A program made the position numbers and the translations under genes. The notes beneath the pieces are model-generated. The model ran no database searches, had not been told where the DNA came from, and saw nothing but the letters and a program-made list of their open reading frames with translations. This document shows, one piece after another, positions 1-10,126 of a stretch of 64,000 nt of DNA; the first letter of the stretch is position 1; every line of letters begins with the position of its first letter. The DNA is from Candidatus Latescibacterota bacterium (lineage in GTDB: Bacteria > Latescibacterota > UBA2968 > UBA8231): NCBI GenBank assembly GCA_965242865.1, contig CBDETK010000013.1, forward strand, positions 3,616,001 to 3,680,000, given 5' to 3'.

Positions 1-474
1 TTTTAACTCTTCATACTGATTTAAATAAGATAGTCCAGAAATATAGCGAGAACTATCAGGAGAAAGTATCTGCGGATCAATAGGGCCTAGTCTCGAAAAA
101 GAATCCATGAGAATACTATCTCCTGATAATACCAAGACAGTACCCGCAGACATTGCCTTATCTGGAACAGCAAAATGGACCTCTTTATATCTATTACGCA
201 GAACATCAACTATTCGTTCAACAACCTCTACACTACCACCCCCAGTATCCACAATAAATAAAGCTGTATCTCTATGGTTCTCTATCCGTTCTACGGCCTC
301 ACGAATCCCAACATCAACTCCTTCCTGGATTGGGCCATAAAGAACAATCACATCTTTATCTACATGCTCCTCAATAGCTTTTAACTTCTCCCCAAGAAGA
401 TCACGAGCAACAGTATCTACACTAGACGGTGGAGTAAATCTAAGAGCTGATTTATCGCTGGATTCATTCGTCAT
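1..474 (-). CDS. SDH-family Clp-fold serine protease (partial, runs off window start)
   Basis: Translated by hand, absent from the ORF track: MTNESSDKS...IVDTGGGSVEVVERIV...VPDKAMSAGTVLVLSGDSILMDSFSRLGPIDPQ. The GG motif, AMSAGT and LGPIDPQ are typical of SDH_sah/ClpP-class proteases. The DNA is AT-rich. Confidence 0.85.
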   Translation of the reverse strand, partial: MTNESSDKSALRFTPPSSVDTVARDLLGEKLKAIEEHVDKDVIVLYGPIQEGVDVGIREAVERIENHRDTALFIVDTGGGSVEVVERIVDVLRNRYKEVHFAVPDKAMSAGTVLVLSGDSILMDSFSRLGPIDPQILSPDSSRYISGLSYLNQYEELK

Positions 475-615
475 CTCTATCGTTGTACTTTCTTTTAATG
501 ATTATACGATACGCACATTGTACGCGCAAAAACTACGGTCAGAGGTCATATCTGTCAACCGTTTTTCATTTTACGTCTTGTTTTACTAGAAGGAATTTCC
601 CTATCTTTTAGGCGA

Positions 616-790
616 TCCAACGTCTTGTGCAGATCCCGCTTAGTCGGGTCATCTGCTGAATAAAACAGCCAGACCCGGCGAAGGGTAGCTCCCTTCTGCC
701 TTGGCAAATAGGTAGAGCGTACGATGCAGATGGACAACCAACTGCGCCTACTGCACGAGACGTTGGACTGGCCCGGCCCTTTCGAGGGCT
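616..790 (+). other. Putative structured leader RNA or MITE upstream of lipoprotein gene
   Basis: 17-bp closing stem 616-632/751-767 (one G-U); inner stems 643-650/672-679 and 680-685/691-696; then a UUCG hairpin at 775-790. Confidence 0.4.
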
Positions 791-820
791 TTCCCATTTC
801 TCCCGTCCAAGGAGAACGTC

Positions 821-1177
821 ATGTCTCGTCTCGTCGCTTTCGCAGGGAGTCTGCTTTTTTGTCTGTCCTGCTCTAATCATCAAGCTCCGCTAGCTCCCCA
901 AGAAGTTTCTACGGAGTCAGGCCCCGCCATACGGTTGTCGTATGTAGCCAAGCCCGCGACCAATGGTACACGCTGCATGTACGACCGGCCTAGACTGCTC
1001 TATTGGTCGTCTCAAGGACTGACGGCGACAGTGCTGTCAAAAGGCCAATGGGTGTACCACACCTATACTTGGGATTACATCGGCATTGAGCCGGCTGCTG
1101 GCGAAGTCTTCTACGGCATCAATAATGGTCGCCTGATCTTTCCCGGAGACCTTCGCGCCATCTGGACACCTCAATAG
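821..1177 (+). CDS. Hypothetical lipoprotein
   Basis: AAGGAG RBS; hydrophobic signal with lipobox-like LSC. Confidence 0.7.
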   Translation: MSRLVAFAGSLLFCLSCSNHQAPLAPQEVSTESGPAIRLSYVAKPATNGTRCMYDRPRLLYWSSQGLTATVLSKGQWVYHTYTWDYIGIEPAAGEVFYGINNGRLIFPGDLRAIWTPQ

Positions 1178-1183
1178 GCGGGT

Positions 1184-1258
1184 GAAGGGTAGGTCGCCAG
1201 ATGGAAAGGACTTAGGTTGAAGGCGAGAGACTATAACCTGCTGCGCGACCTACCCTTC
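1184..1258. terminator. Long stem-loop (possible terminator)
   Basis: Perfect 14-bp inverted repeat gaagggtaggtcgc (1184-1197) / gcgacctacccttc (1245-1258) right after the stop codon. Confidence 0.45.
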
Positions 1259-1482
1259 TAAAAAATGAGAGTGCTTCTCTGCCTAAAAATTTCAAAATGA
1301 AAGTGATATTCGCCCAAGAGGAACAAGCCGCTTGAGGCATCCCATGCGTACGAGCCGCCCACAAGGGCCTTGAGCACCGCCGCACCCCCTGCGAATGTGC
1401 CCGTAGAGCCGCCAAGCGAATCATTTGCGCCCAACCGCAGCACGGGCCATTATTCAATCGTCTGCTCAACCAAGGAGATGCC

Positions 1483-2655
1483 ATGATCATCCGACCCAAA
1501 GTTCGCGGCTTTATATGCACTACGGCCCATCCCGACGGCTGCGCTCGCGCTGTCCAAGACCAGATCGACTGGGTCAAACGCCAGCCCCCCTTCAACGGCC
1601 CCAAGAAAGTCCTCGTCGTCGGTGCTTCTACCGGCTACGGGCTAGCGTCGCGCATCGCCACCTGCTTTGGCGCGGGTGCGGCCACGCTCGGGGTCTTTTT
1701 CGAGCGGCCAGCGGCCGGCAACCGCACGGCAACGGCCGGGTGGTACAATAGCGCGGCCTTTCACGAGGCCGCACGCAACGCTGGCCACTACGCCCGCAGC
1801 ATCAACGGCGATGCCTTCTCCAGCGCGATCAAGGCCGAGACAATCGCCGCCATCCGCGAGGACCTGCAAGCCGTTGATTTGGTCGTTTACAGCCTAGCGT
1901 CGCCGCGGCGGACTCATCCGCGCACCGGCGAAAACTTCAGCTCCGTCCTCAAGCCCATCGGCCGCTCCTATACCAGCAAGACCGTCCACGTCCAAACCGG
2001 CGAGGTTTCCGACATCGCCATCAGCCCGGCGAGCGAAGAAGAGATCGCCCATACCACCGCGGTGATGGGGGGGGAAGACTGGCAGATGTGGATCGAAGCC
2101 CTCGACGAGGCGGGGGTGCTCGCCGACGGCGTTCGCACGGTCGCTTATACCTATATCGGCCCGGCAATGACCCACCCGGTCTATCGCGACGGGACCATCG
2201 GCCAAGCCAAGAATCACCTAGAAAAGACAGCCAAAACGCTCGACAAGTATCTACAAGCTAAAAGCGGCAGTGCCCACATCTCCGTCAACAAGGCCATGGT
2301 GACCCAATCGAGCGCGGCTATCCCGGTCGTGCCGCTCTATATCTCGCTGCTGTACAAGGTGATGAAAGGAAAAGGCTGCCACGAAAGCTGCATCGAGCAG
2401 ATGCACCGCCTCTTCGCCGATGGCCTCTATGCAGACGCCTCCACCGACGCCGAGGGGCGCATCCGCATGGACGACCGAGAAATGCGCGAGGATGTGCAGG
2501 GGGAAGTCGCGGTGCTGTGGGAGCAAGTCAACACCGACAACCTCGCGGCACTGTCGGATATCGAGAGTTATCGCACGGAGTTTCTGGGGCTTTTCGGCTT
2601 TGGCCTTGCGGGCATCAACTACGCGGCAGAGGTCGATCCCGACAGGCCGCTATAA
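1483..2655 (+). CDS. fabV: Enoyl-ACP reductase FabV / trans-2-enoyl-CoA reductase
   Basis: MIIRPKVRGFICTTAHP, GASTGYGLASR, YSLASP, VMGGEDW, YRDGTIGQAK motifs. Confidence 0.95.
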   Translation: MIIRPKVRGFICTTAHPDGCARAVQDQIDWVKRQPPFNGPKKVLVVGASTGYGLASRIATCFGAGAATLGVFFERPAAGNRTATAGWYNSAAFHEAARNAGHYARSINGDAFSSAIKAETIAAIREDLQAVDLVVYSLASPRRTHPRTGENFSSVLKPIGRSYTSKTVHVQTGEVSDIAISPASEEEIAHTTAVMGGEDWQMWIEALDEAGVLADGVRTVAYTYIGPAMTHPVYRDGTIGQAKNHLEKTAKTLDKYLQAKSGSAHISVNKAMVTQSSAAIPVVPLYISLLYKVMKGKGCHESCIEQMHRLFADGLYADASTDAEGRIRMDDREMREDVQGEVAVLWEQVNTDNLAALSDIESYRTEFLGLFGFGLAGINYAAEVDPDRPL

Positions 2656-2667
2656 GAAGCGTCAGCA

Positions 2668-5637
2668 ATGGTTTTGCTGGTGCTGATGCTGGCGGCATGG
2701 ACGCCCGGGCACGCGAGCGAGTGGCTGCAATTGCGCGGCGACCGCCAGATGAGCGGCCGGGCCTCGGGGATCGGTCAAATGCGCCACGGCCCGCCGCAAG
2801 AACGCTGGCGTTACGACATCGCCGCTTGGGAGGGCTATGTGGAAGTAGCCCAGCAGGAGGGCGACGCCTCGGTGGCCTTGCCCTTTGCCGCCCCAGTAGC
2901 TCCCAATTACATCGGCACCCAAGGGCGAGCTTGGGGGGTCGGGCCACCGATTTTTGACCTCGGCGGCGTCGAGGTCGCCATGCCGCTGGACAATGGCTTC
3001 AAAGTGGCCCAGATACTGCCCGGGGAGGCGGGCTTGCAGCGCTTTGAGATGGGAAATTCTTTCAGCGATGGCGGGGCCGCGCCCAAGCAGGGCCGACTGC
3101 TCGCGTACGACCACGGCGAGCCCTGGGTCGTGTGGGAGACCGAGTTCTTTGCCAACACTTGGGATCCCAATGTCTTGGTGGTGGACGTCGATGCAGACGG
3201 CCAACTCGACATCGTCGTGGCCACCCACTACCGCATCCTCGTCTTCGACGGGGCCACCGGAGAAACCAAAATGCAGTTGCAGTACCACGGGTATCGCAAC
3301 TACGGCTGGTTCGGGGCCGCCAACATCGACGACGATCCGTATCCCGAGTTCGGGGTGGTGGCCGATTTTAGCATGCACACCGAGGTCATTGACAACGACG
3401 GGACGGAATTGACCCTGCGCTGGCTGCGCGACATTCAGCCCGACCCAGCGCAATCAACCAAGGTCGTGCGGCCCAAACCGCAGGCCCTAGTGGATGTGGA
3501 CGGCGATGGTCGCTTTGAGCTGGTGTACAGCATCTACAACGATCAAGGCGATGGGCAGTGGCACGTGGTCGGCGTCGATGCGCTCAGCGGCGAGACCCGT
3601 TTTGATTTCCCGCAGCACCATTTGCACGGTATGGCCGATGTGGATGGCGACGGGCGTTTGGAGCTGTTCGTCTCGGCTACGACTGGCGAAGCCCTGCCAA
3701 CGTATGCGCCGCTGGCGGTCTGGTCCTTGACGGCGGGAGCGGCAACCGTGCGCTGGAGCCACGAGCGAGGCCGCTTCAGTACGGTACTGCTGAACCAATT
3801 GCCCCTAGCGGTGAGCACCGGCGCGGCCGACGGACTGCGCACGGTGTCAACCGGCGACGTAGATGGCGATGGCCGGCGCGATTTCTTCGCGCTCGCGCCG
3901 GACGGGGCCGGCGAAGTGTTAGCCGCTTGGGGCAGCGATCACACGGGACGCATCGGACCGCGCTGGTCGGTGCGCGGTCCGGCCGGGATGGCCCTAGAAG
4001 CAGCGGCGGTGGCGGACAACGGGGCGGCCCTGCTGTATCTCAAGGGACGGGGGCTTCCCAGTCAGACGCTGATGCTGGAGCAGGCCTCGGGCGAGTTGCA
4101 CCAGTGGAGCCGCCAAGCATTTACCCCGGCCGGCACACCCGTAGTAGCTGATTTGGAGGGCGATGGCCGGGTGGAGGTGGTCGTGCAGACCGCGACCCAA
4201 GAAGTGCTGTGTCTGCAAGACTGGGGCGAGGGCGAGCCTCAACGGCGGTGGCAGGTGTCAGGTTACGGCCAGACCAACAACGCGCCCCACCACTGGGGCG
4301 TGGTCGCCGCCGATGTAGATGGCGATGGGCACCGGGAAGTACTGGCGGCGCGGGAGGCGGCCAGCGGCAACGCCAGCTTGGTGGCACTCGCGGCCGATGG
4401 CTCCATCCGCTGGCAGACCGAGTTCGTTGGCTTTGACGGCAGCATGCCGATATGGAATTTCAGCGGCCTGTCCTACTGGAGTGCTGGGTACTTTCGCAGC
4501 AACGAGTACATGGATGTATTCGCCAGTCTGCGGCGCGGCAAGTTGGGCAGCGAAGTGGGCTTTTTGCTCGACGGGCGCAGCGGTGAAATCGTCTGGGAAT
4601 CCAATGGTTTCGTCCTGCCCGAGGACGGCAGCGGTCGCAGTCTGGGGGGCCATCCCAGCGCGGCCGGGGATGTGGACGGCGACGGCTTAGACGAGATCGT
4701 GGTGATGTGGCCCGACCGACTACACATCGTCGACGGAGTCACGGGCACGGCGCAGGTGGTGCGCCAAGCTTATGGGTATTCCAACGGCCTCAATCCGCTG
4801 TTTGAGAGCGATTCCTTTGTCGGCTATGCCTTCCCAGCGGTGGTCGATTTATTTGGCGACAGCCGGCCCGAGCTCCTCTGGGGGCACTGCGGCTATTTGA
4901 ACGCCGTTTTGGACAGCCATGGCCAGCGCATCTGGCAGACCCCGTACCGCAACAATACCGAAGTGCAATCGCTGATGGGAGTGGGCGACAGCGATGGCGA
5001 TGGGGCCGCGGAACTACTCGCTTCCACCGCCGAGGGCGTCCGTCTTTTCCAAGCGGCGGATGGCGCGGTTTTGCTGGAGTTCGACGATGGGGTGCGGGCC
5101 TATACAGACGTGGTCTCCGGCGATGTGGACGGCGATGGGCGCGACGAGTTCCTGTTTGGCAGCGGCACCCAGTTGATCTGCGTGGAACAGGCCGAAGGCA
5201 CCCTGCGCCGGGCTTGGACGCTCGAGGTGGAGGGTCGCAGCAGCGACATTGCCTTGGCCGATGTGGATAGGGACGGTTTTCTGGACATCGTGGTGACGAC
5301 CGCGGATGGCTATGTAAAGGTGTATGTGGGGGAAGAGGACGCCACCGCGGTACAGGCTGCGGAGCGGACGCCGCAGAAAACCGATTTACATTTGCCCTAT
5401 CCCAACCCCTTCAACAGTCAAGTGCATATCGATTTCAGCGTGGGACGAGCCGGGATGGTGCGGCTGGAGGTTTTCGGCCCAACGGGACAGCGGGTGAAAA
5501 CGCTCGTGGCGGCGTGGCGCAAACGCGGGGCTTACCGGGTGCGTTGGGACGCGGGCGAACTCGCCAGTGGGGTGTATGTCGTGCGCTTGCAAGCGGGCGA
5601 TACCGTGCAGGAACGCAAGGTGTCGTTGGTCAAGTGA
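2668..5637 (+). CDS. Secreted FG-GAP/VCBS repeat protein with C-terminal T9SS/FlgD-Ig sorting domain
   Basis: Signal peptide; many DxDGDGxxE/D repeats; C-terminal YPNPFNS...LASGVYVVRL...KVSLVK. Confidence 0.85.
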   Translation: MVLLVLMLAAWTPGHASEWLQLRGDRQMSGRASGIGQMRHGPPQERWRYDIAAWEGYVEVAQQEGDASVALPFAAPVAPNYIGTQGRAWGVGPPIFDLGGVEVAMPLDNGFKVAQILPGEAGLQRFEMGNSFSDGGAAPKQGRLLAYDHGEPWVVWETEFFANTWDPNVLVVDVDADGQLDIVVATHYRILVFDGATGETKMQLQYHGYRNYGWFGAANIDDDPYPEFGVVADFSMHTEVIDNDGTELTLRWLRDIQPDPAQSTKVVRPKPQALVDVDGDGRFELVYSIYNDQGDGQWHVVGVDALSGETRFDFPQHHLHGMADVDGDGRLELFVSATTGEALPTYAPLAVWSLTAGAATVRWSHERGRFSTVLLNQLPLAVSTGAADGLRTVSTGDVDGDGRRDFFALAPDGAGEVLAAWGSDHTGRIGPRWSVRGPAGMALEAAAVADNGAALLYLKGRGLPSQTLMLEQASGELHQWSRQAFTPAGTPVVADLEGDGRVEVVVQTATQEVLCLQDWGEGEPQRRWQVSGYGQTNNAPHHWGVVAADVDGDGHREVLAAREAASGNASLVALAADGSIRWQTEFVGFDGSMPIWNFSGLSYWSAGYFRSNEYMDVFASLRRGKLGSEVGFLLDGRSGEIVWESNGFVLPEDGSGRSLGGHPSAAGDVDGDGLDEIVVMWPDRLHIVDGVTGTAQVVRQAYGYSNGLNPLFESDSFVGYAFPAVVDLFGDSRPELLWGHCGYLNAVLDSHGQRIWQTPYRNNTEVQSLMGVGDSDGDGAAELLASTAEGVRLFQAADGAVLLEFDDGVRAYTDVVSGDVDGDGRDEFLFGSGTQLICVEQAEGTLRRAWTLEVEGRSSDIALADVDRDGFLDIVVTTADGYVKVYVGEEDATAVQAAERTPQKTDLHLPYPNPFNSQVHIDFSVGRAGMVRLEVFGPTGQRVKTLVAAWRKRGAYRVRWDAGELASGVYVVRLQAGDTVQERKVSLVK

Positions 5638-5770
5638 GCCGGCGCGGAGCAGAGATCCCAAAGACCCGTCTGAAACCGATAGCAAGCGGCGCATTGACAA
5701 CTCAGATGGAGGAAATGTGTGGCCCCGTATCTTATGAAGGGACACGACAGGCGAGTGGGGGCAACGGGGC

Positions 5771-5799
5771 TTGACCCGATGCGAGGGATACGATACACT
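5771..5799 (+). promoter_or_regulatory. Putative sigma70 promoter of the dndA/dndC-like operon
   Basis: TTGACC-17 nt-TACACT. Confidence 0.5.
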
Positions 5800-5916
5800 G
5801 AGTCTAACAGCTTACTTGGATGAGACGGCATCGGTTTCCTTGGTTGGTAAGCCATGCCTCCTTTACTAAGGGCCTGTCTTTATTTAGCCGCTTTACGGAA
5901 AAACGATCTCCGACTC

Positions 5917-7146
5917 ATGTATCCCGTTTATTTGGACTATGCCGCAACGACGCCTGTCGACCCGCAGGTCATCGCGGTGATGACCCAGTACCTAGGGCTG
6001 GATGGGACGTTCGGCAACGCAGCGTCGCGTTCACATCGCTTTGGACAAGAAGCCGGGGCGGCAGTGGAGAAGGCACGGAATCAGGTGGCCCAACTCATCA
6101 ACGCTGACCCGTCCGAGATCGTTTGGACATCGGGAGCCACCGAATCCGTCAATTTAGCTATCAAGGGCGTAGCGCATGGATATGCCCATCGAGGCAAACA
6201 TATCGTAACCTCAAGTCTGGAGCACAAAGCGGTTCTGGCTTCATGCGATAAACTAGCTCGTGAAGGATTCAAAATTACCTATATCAGCCCTAATCAGGAC
6301 GGTCTAATCTCCCCAGAACTCGTGAAGGAAGCGATGAGAGACGACACCATCCTCGTCTCCCTTATACACGTGAACAACGAAGTCGGGACCATCACCGACG
6401 TCAATGCGATCAGCGAAATAACTCGCACTCAGGGGATACCACTCCATGTGGACGCTGCTCAAAGCGTCGCTCGTTTATCGCTTGATACACGCTCTGTGAA
6501 AGCGGATCTTATTTCACTTAGCGGCCACAAGATGTACGGGCCAAAGGGCGTCGGAGCACTCTACGTGCGACGCTGCTGGCCCCGTGTCCAAATCGAACCT
6601 CAAATACATGGCGGCGGCCAAGAACAGGGCATCCGCTCGGGGACATTGGCAACACATCAACTAGTCGGCATGGGCGAGGCCGCACAATTGATATGTGAAC
6701 GTCGAAACCGCGATGTTGAAGCTATCGCCGAACTCGATCGCCGCTTGCTTGATCGTCTTGCAGATATTGAGCATACCTTCATAAACGGCAACAGTGCGAA
6801 CCGCGTTTCAGGAATCGTGAACGTAGGATTCGCTTGTGTCGAGAGTGAGTCCCTGATGATGTCGTTGAAGGACGTTGCTATCTCATCCGGCTCGGCCTGT
6901 ACGTCATCCCGCGTTGAGCCTTCCCATGTATTGCGGTCTTTAGGCTTGCCCGAGGATCTCGCAAGCTGCTCAGTCCGCTTCAGTCTCGGACGATTCACGA
7001 CTGAAGAAGAAGTCGACTTTGCTGTGTCATGCGTCCGGAACTCCGTTGACGCCTTGCGCCAATTGTCCCCCCAATGGCGAGCACTTCGCCGAAGGGACCA
7101 TGGCACCAACCCGTACTCTCTGGTACGGCCGGCAGTGATGACATGA
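5917..7146 (+). CDS. dndA: IscS/DndA-type cysteine desulfurase
   Basis: YLDYAATTP, TSGATES, SGHKMYGPKG (PLP Lys) and SSGSACTS (catalytic Cys). Overlaps a DndC-like gene, with no isc genes nearby. Start moved to the ATG at 5917. Confidence 0.85.
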   Translation: MYPVYLDYAATTPVDPQVIAVMTQYLGLDGTFGNAASRSHRFGQEAGAAVEKARNQVAQLINADPSEIVWTSGATESVNLAIKGVAHGYAHRGKHIVTSSLEHKAVLASCDKLAREGFKITYISPNQDGLISPELVKEAMRDDTILVSLIHVNNEVGTITDVNAISEITRTQGIPLHVDAAQSVARLSLDTRSVKADLISLSGHKMYGPKGVGALYVRRCWPRVQIEPQIHGGGQEQGIRSGTLATHQLVGMGEAAQLICERRNRDVEAIAELDRRLLDRLADIEHTFINGNSANRVSGIVNVGFACVESESLMMSLKDVAISSGSACTSSRVEPSHVLRSLGLPEDLASCSVRFSLGRFTTEEEVDFAVSCVRNSVDALRQLSPQWRALRRRDHGTNPYSLVRPAVMT

Positions 7147-8333
7147 ACGAGCACACCCAACAGAGATCCGGCGCAAGCGATAGCCATAGTGTCGTCGAGC
7201 GGCTCGACGACACTATGGACATCATTCGGAGGGAGTACTTGCGTAAGCATCTCGACCCGTGGGTAGTGGCCTATTCTGGTGGAAAAGATTCGACCTTGCT
7301 TCTCCAACTGATATGGGAGGTGTTGGCACCGCTTCCTGCCCATTCGCGGCGGCGCAAGGTCTATATAGTAGGCAATGATACGCTAGTCGAGTCGCCGCTG
7401 GTCATCCGACATCTCAAAACTACCATATCGACGATCAGCACCGCTGCCGCCGCGAACGAACTGCCGATCGAGACGCAGATCACGAGGCCGCATATCGATC
7501 AAACTTTCTGGGTCAACGTGATTGGACGTGGCTACATTCCCCCGACACGAAATTTCCGATGGTGTACCGATCGAATGAAAATTGTCCCAACTAGCCAATT
7601 ACTCGAAAATCTTGTTCGTACGCACAAGCGTACTGTGCTATTGGTGGGAACGCGCAAGAGTGAGTCCGAGAACCGCCGCCGCAACATGGCAAAGCACGGC
7701 GTTTCGGCAACCAAGATGAATCCTCACAGTTCTGTCGAGGGGTGCCGTATCTTCGCACCGCTCGCCGAATTCAAAGACGAGGATGTGTGGCTGATCCTAA
7801 TGCAACGAAGGCCACCATGGGGAGGCTCGCATCGCGATCTAATCACTCTGTATCGGAACGCTGGTGGAGGGGAATGCCCGCTGGTACTGACCAAGGACGA
7901 TGCACCCTCATGTGGAACAACCTCACCTAGGTTCGGTTGCTGGACATGTACCGTCGTCAGTAAAGATCGGAGCTTGCGCGGCTTAATCGATTCTGGCCAC
8001 GAAGATGCAGAGGTTTTCACACGTCTCTTCGACTTCCGTGAGCGGCTGGTCCAACTCCGCGAAGACGATGCAAACCGTCAGCGCGTACGGCGAGATGGAA
8101 ACTTGAAATCCCGTGCCGACGGAACTCCTGTCATGGGACCTTTCAAACTCGATGTCCGCAAGCGTATTCTGAGTGAATTGCAGGCTTTGCAACAAGAAAT
8201 AGCACAACAGCTAATTACCGAATCAGAACTCGACGTCATCGAGGACATCTGGCGTCGAGACCAAATTCGCCAAGACTGTCGTTCGGCCCTAGACGAAGCG
8301 ATTACTCCTAATCCTGAAGGAGCTTCGGCTTGA
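7143..8333 (+). CDS. dndC: DndC-type DNA phosphorothioation sulfurtransferase (PAPS reductase family)
   Basis: PWVVAYSGGKDS PP-loop, NDTLVE, FWVNVIGRGY, FRWCTDRMKI, GTRKSES, ECPLV, SCG..SPRFGCWTCTVV..DRS; ATGA overlap with the upstream stop. Confidence 0.9.
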   Translation: MNEHTQQRSGASDSHSVVERLDDTMDIIRREYLRKHLDPWVVAYSGGKDSTLLLQLIWEVLAPLPAHSRRRKVYIVGNDTLVESPLVIRHLKTTISTISTAAAANELPIETQITRPHIDQTFWVNVIGRGYIPPTRNFRWCTDRMKIVPTSQLLENLVRTHKRTVLLVGTRKSESENRRRNMAKHGVSATKMNPHSSVEGCRIFAPLAEFKDEDVWLILMQRRPPWGGSHRDLITLYRNAGGGECPLVLTKDDAPSCGTTSPRFGCWTCTVVSKDRSLRGLIDSGHEDAEVFTRLFDFRERLVQLREDDANRQRVRRDGNLKSRADGTPVMGPFKLDVRKRILSELQALQQEIAQQLITESELDVIEDIWRRDQIRQDCRSALDEAITPNPEGASA

Positions 8334-10126
8334 CAAAGCAATCTCAGACTGTTATCGGGGCAGAAGCGATGTTGTTTTCGGATCTGTTCCAACAGGGCCG
8401 TTTCGATGTCCCGTGGCATCAGCGCTATTACGATTGGCAGCAGAGCGATGTCCATGCACTACTCCACGACATCAATGATGCGATCAAGGAAAGCCGCGAC
8501 TGCTACTTCCTAGGTGCCATCATGCTCGTAACGGTTGGACAACGACGGTGGGAGATAAACGATGGCCAACAACGAATGGTAACGATATCGTTGATTTGCG
8601 CCGCGCTTTGCCGCCGGTTCGTACATAAAGCAAAGGGTTCGCAACGGGAAGGACTCGCGTTAAGGATGCTGTTCGACCTTGATGCCCAAAGGACATGGAT
8701 CATAGACAACACAGATCGTTACACCCCTCGGATTTTTCCGGCGAAGAATGACGCTATGCCATATCGCCAAATGATTCGTGGGAACCCGATTAGGGCCAAC
8801 GGTCCACTCACTGCCGCATGGACAGAGATCGAGAGCTTCTTCTCTCCCATGAGTTACGAGGAATCAGAACGGTATTTCGACTTTCTTCTTGAGAAGCTCG
8901 AAGTAGCATGTCTGCGGGTTCCACCGCACATCGATCCGAACGCCGTATATGAGACAATCAACTGTAGAGGTAAGCAACTAGACGACTTGGACCTCATCCG
9001 CAATTATCTATATTCGCATTTTAACTCGGAAAGCGATTCCGAGAGAAAAAATTCGGTGCATGAAAATCTAGAGAAAATCCGAACAATTATTCCTAGCTCT
9101 AAGAAAGCATCCGAATACATGCGGTGCCACCTACAGTGCAAATTCGGCTTTCTACGCAAGGATCACTTCTACCGCGACGCACGGGACGCTATCCGTACCC
9201 AGAGGGACAGAAGACACGGAACGACTGAGCTTTTAGCGGATTATACGTTCAACTTGATTGAACAAATCACCTCTCCCGAGTCTTTGGAACTCTTCCGAAC
9301 GCTAGCGGCGGCGACTCCCGACCCTGACTTTATCCGCGAATTCAGAGTGGCTTCAGGCACAACTAACTCTCCTAGGAATTTGGCGGTTTTTCTTCGAGAA
9401 TTGCGCAGATATACAATTACTCAGCCCTTGATATTTGCCATGTTGACTCGGTGGGTTCAAGAATCGGATGGCCGCAAAAAGAAACGGATTGCGCGAATTG
9501 CCAATAGAAATCTGAGTCGTCTAGCGACTTTCGTCCTCAGAACAGCGTTCATTACACCCAAGTTTGAGCCGTCTCACTTTGAATCTGAGTTCTCGAACTA
9601 TGCAAAGAATATCGCAGCAGCCGACGATATTCCTGATGACGAATTCGCTAATTTCTTACAGAGTTGCGATCGGTCGGCGCATGCACATGGAGTGCTAGAC
9701 GACTCCAAATTTCTGGACGAGATGGTTGAGGCTAGAATGACCGCTCACCCGAAAATCAAGCAGCTCCTACTCGGGATCAACGGTGCCATACAGGGCGACG
9801 CACAGCTATTCATTGAACGAGATTGCAATGTGGAGCACATACTTCCAAAGTCTCCGCAGCATTGGAGTGGCTGGAGTAGCTTCAATGACGTCGATAGATC
9901 CGAATGGGTCCACCGGATCGGAAACTTGACACTAATGGGACCGGCGGACAATAGGCCCGGGGAGAAATATAACGGTAATTTCGCGAAGAAACGTGAGAGC
10001 TATCAAGACAGTAGTATCATGCTTACACGTAGCCTAAGCCAATATGATGACTGGAGTCCGGCTAATATCGAAATCAGGCAGCGAGAAATGGCAAAACTGG
10101 CAGTTCGTGTATGGAAGTTTGTTTGA
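8330..10126 (+). CDS. DUF262 + DUF1524 (HNH) protein, SspE/GmrSD-like modification-dependent nuclease
   Basis: VPWHQRYYDW, YFLGAI, DGQQR, YETINCRG; C-terminal VEHILP...RIGNLTL; TTGA overlap. Confidence 0.88.
   Translation: MTKQSQTVIGAEAMLFSDLFQQGRFDVPWHQRYYDWQQSDVHALLHDINDAIKESRDCYFLGAIMLVTVGQRRWEINDGQQRMVTISLICAALCRRFVHKAKGSQREGLALRMLFDLDAQRTWIIDNTDRYTPRIFPAKNDAMPYRQMIRGNPIRANGPLTAAWTEIESFFSPMSYEESERYFDFLLEKLEVACLRVPPHIDPNAVYETINCRGKQLDDLDLIRNYLYSHFNSESDSERKNSVHENLEKIRTIIPSSKKASEYMRCHLQCKFGFLRKDHFYRDARDAIRTQRDRRHGTTELLADYTFNLIEQITSPESLELFRTLAAATPDPDFIREFRVASGTTNSPRNLAVFLRELRRYTITQPLIFAMLTRWVQESDGRKKKRIARIANRNLSRLATFVLRTAFITPKFEPSHFESEFSNYAKNIAAADDIPDDEFANFLQSCDRSAHAHGVLDDSKFLDEMVEARMTAHPKIKQLLLGINGAIQGDAQLFIERDCNVEHILPKSPQHWSGWSSFNDVDRSEWVHRIGNLTLMGPADNRPGEKYNGNFAKKRESYQDSSIMLTRSLSQYDDWSPANIEIRQREMAKLAVRVWKFV

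Noticed and set aside
5917-7146. Housekeeping iscS of an Fe-S cluster operon
   Set aside because: No iscR/U/A, hscAB or fdx nearby; the gene overlaps dndC inside an accessory block.
7143-8333. CysH/PAPS reductase for sulfate assimilation
   Set aside because: It has DndC-specific motifs (FWVN.IGRGY, RWCTDRMKI, RFGCWTC) and no cys genes around it.
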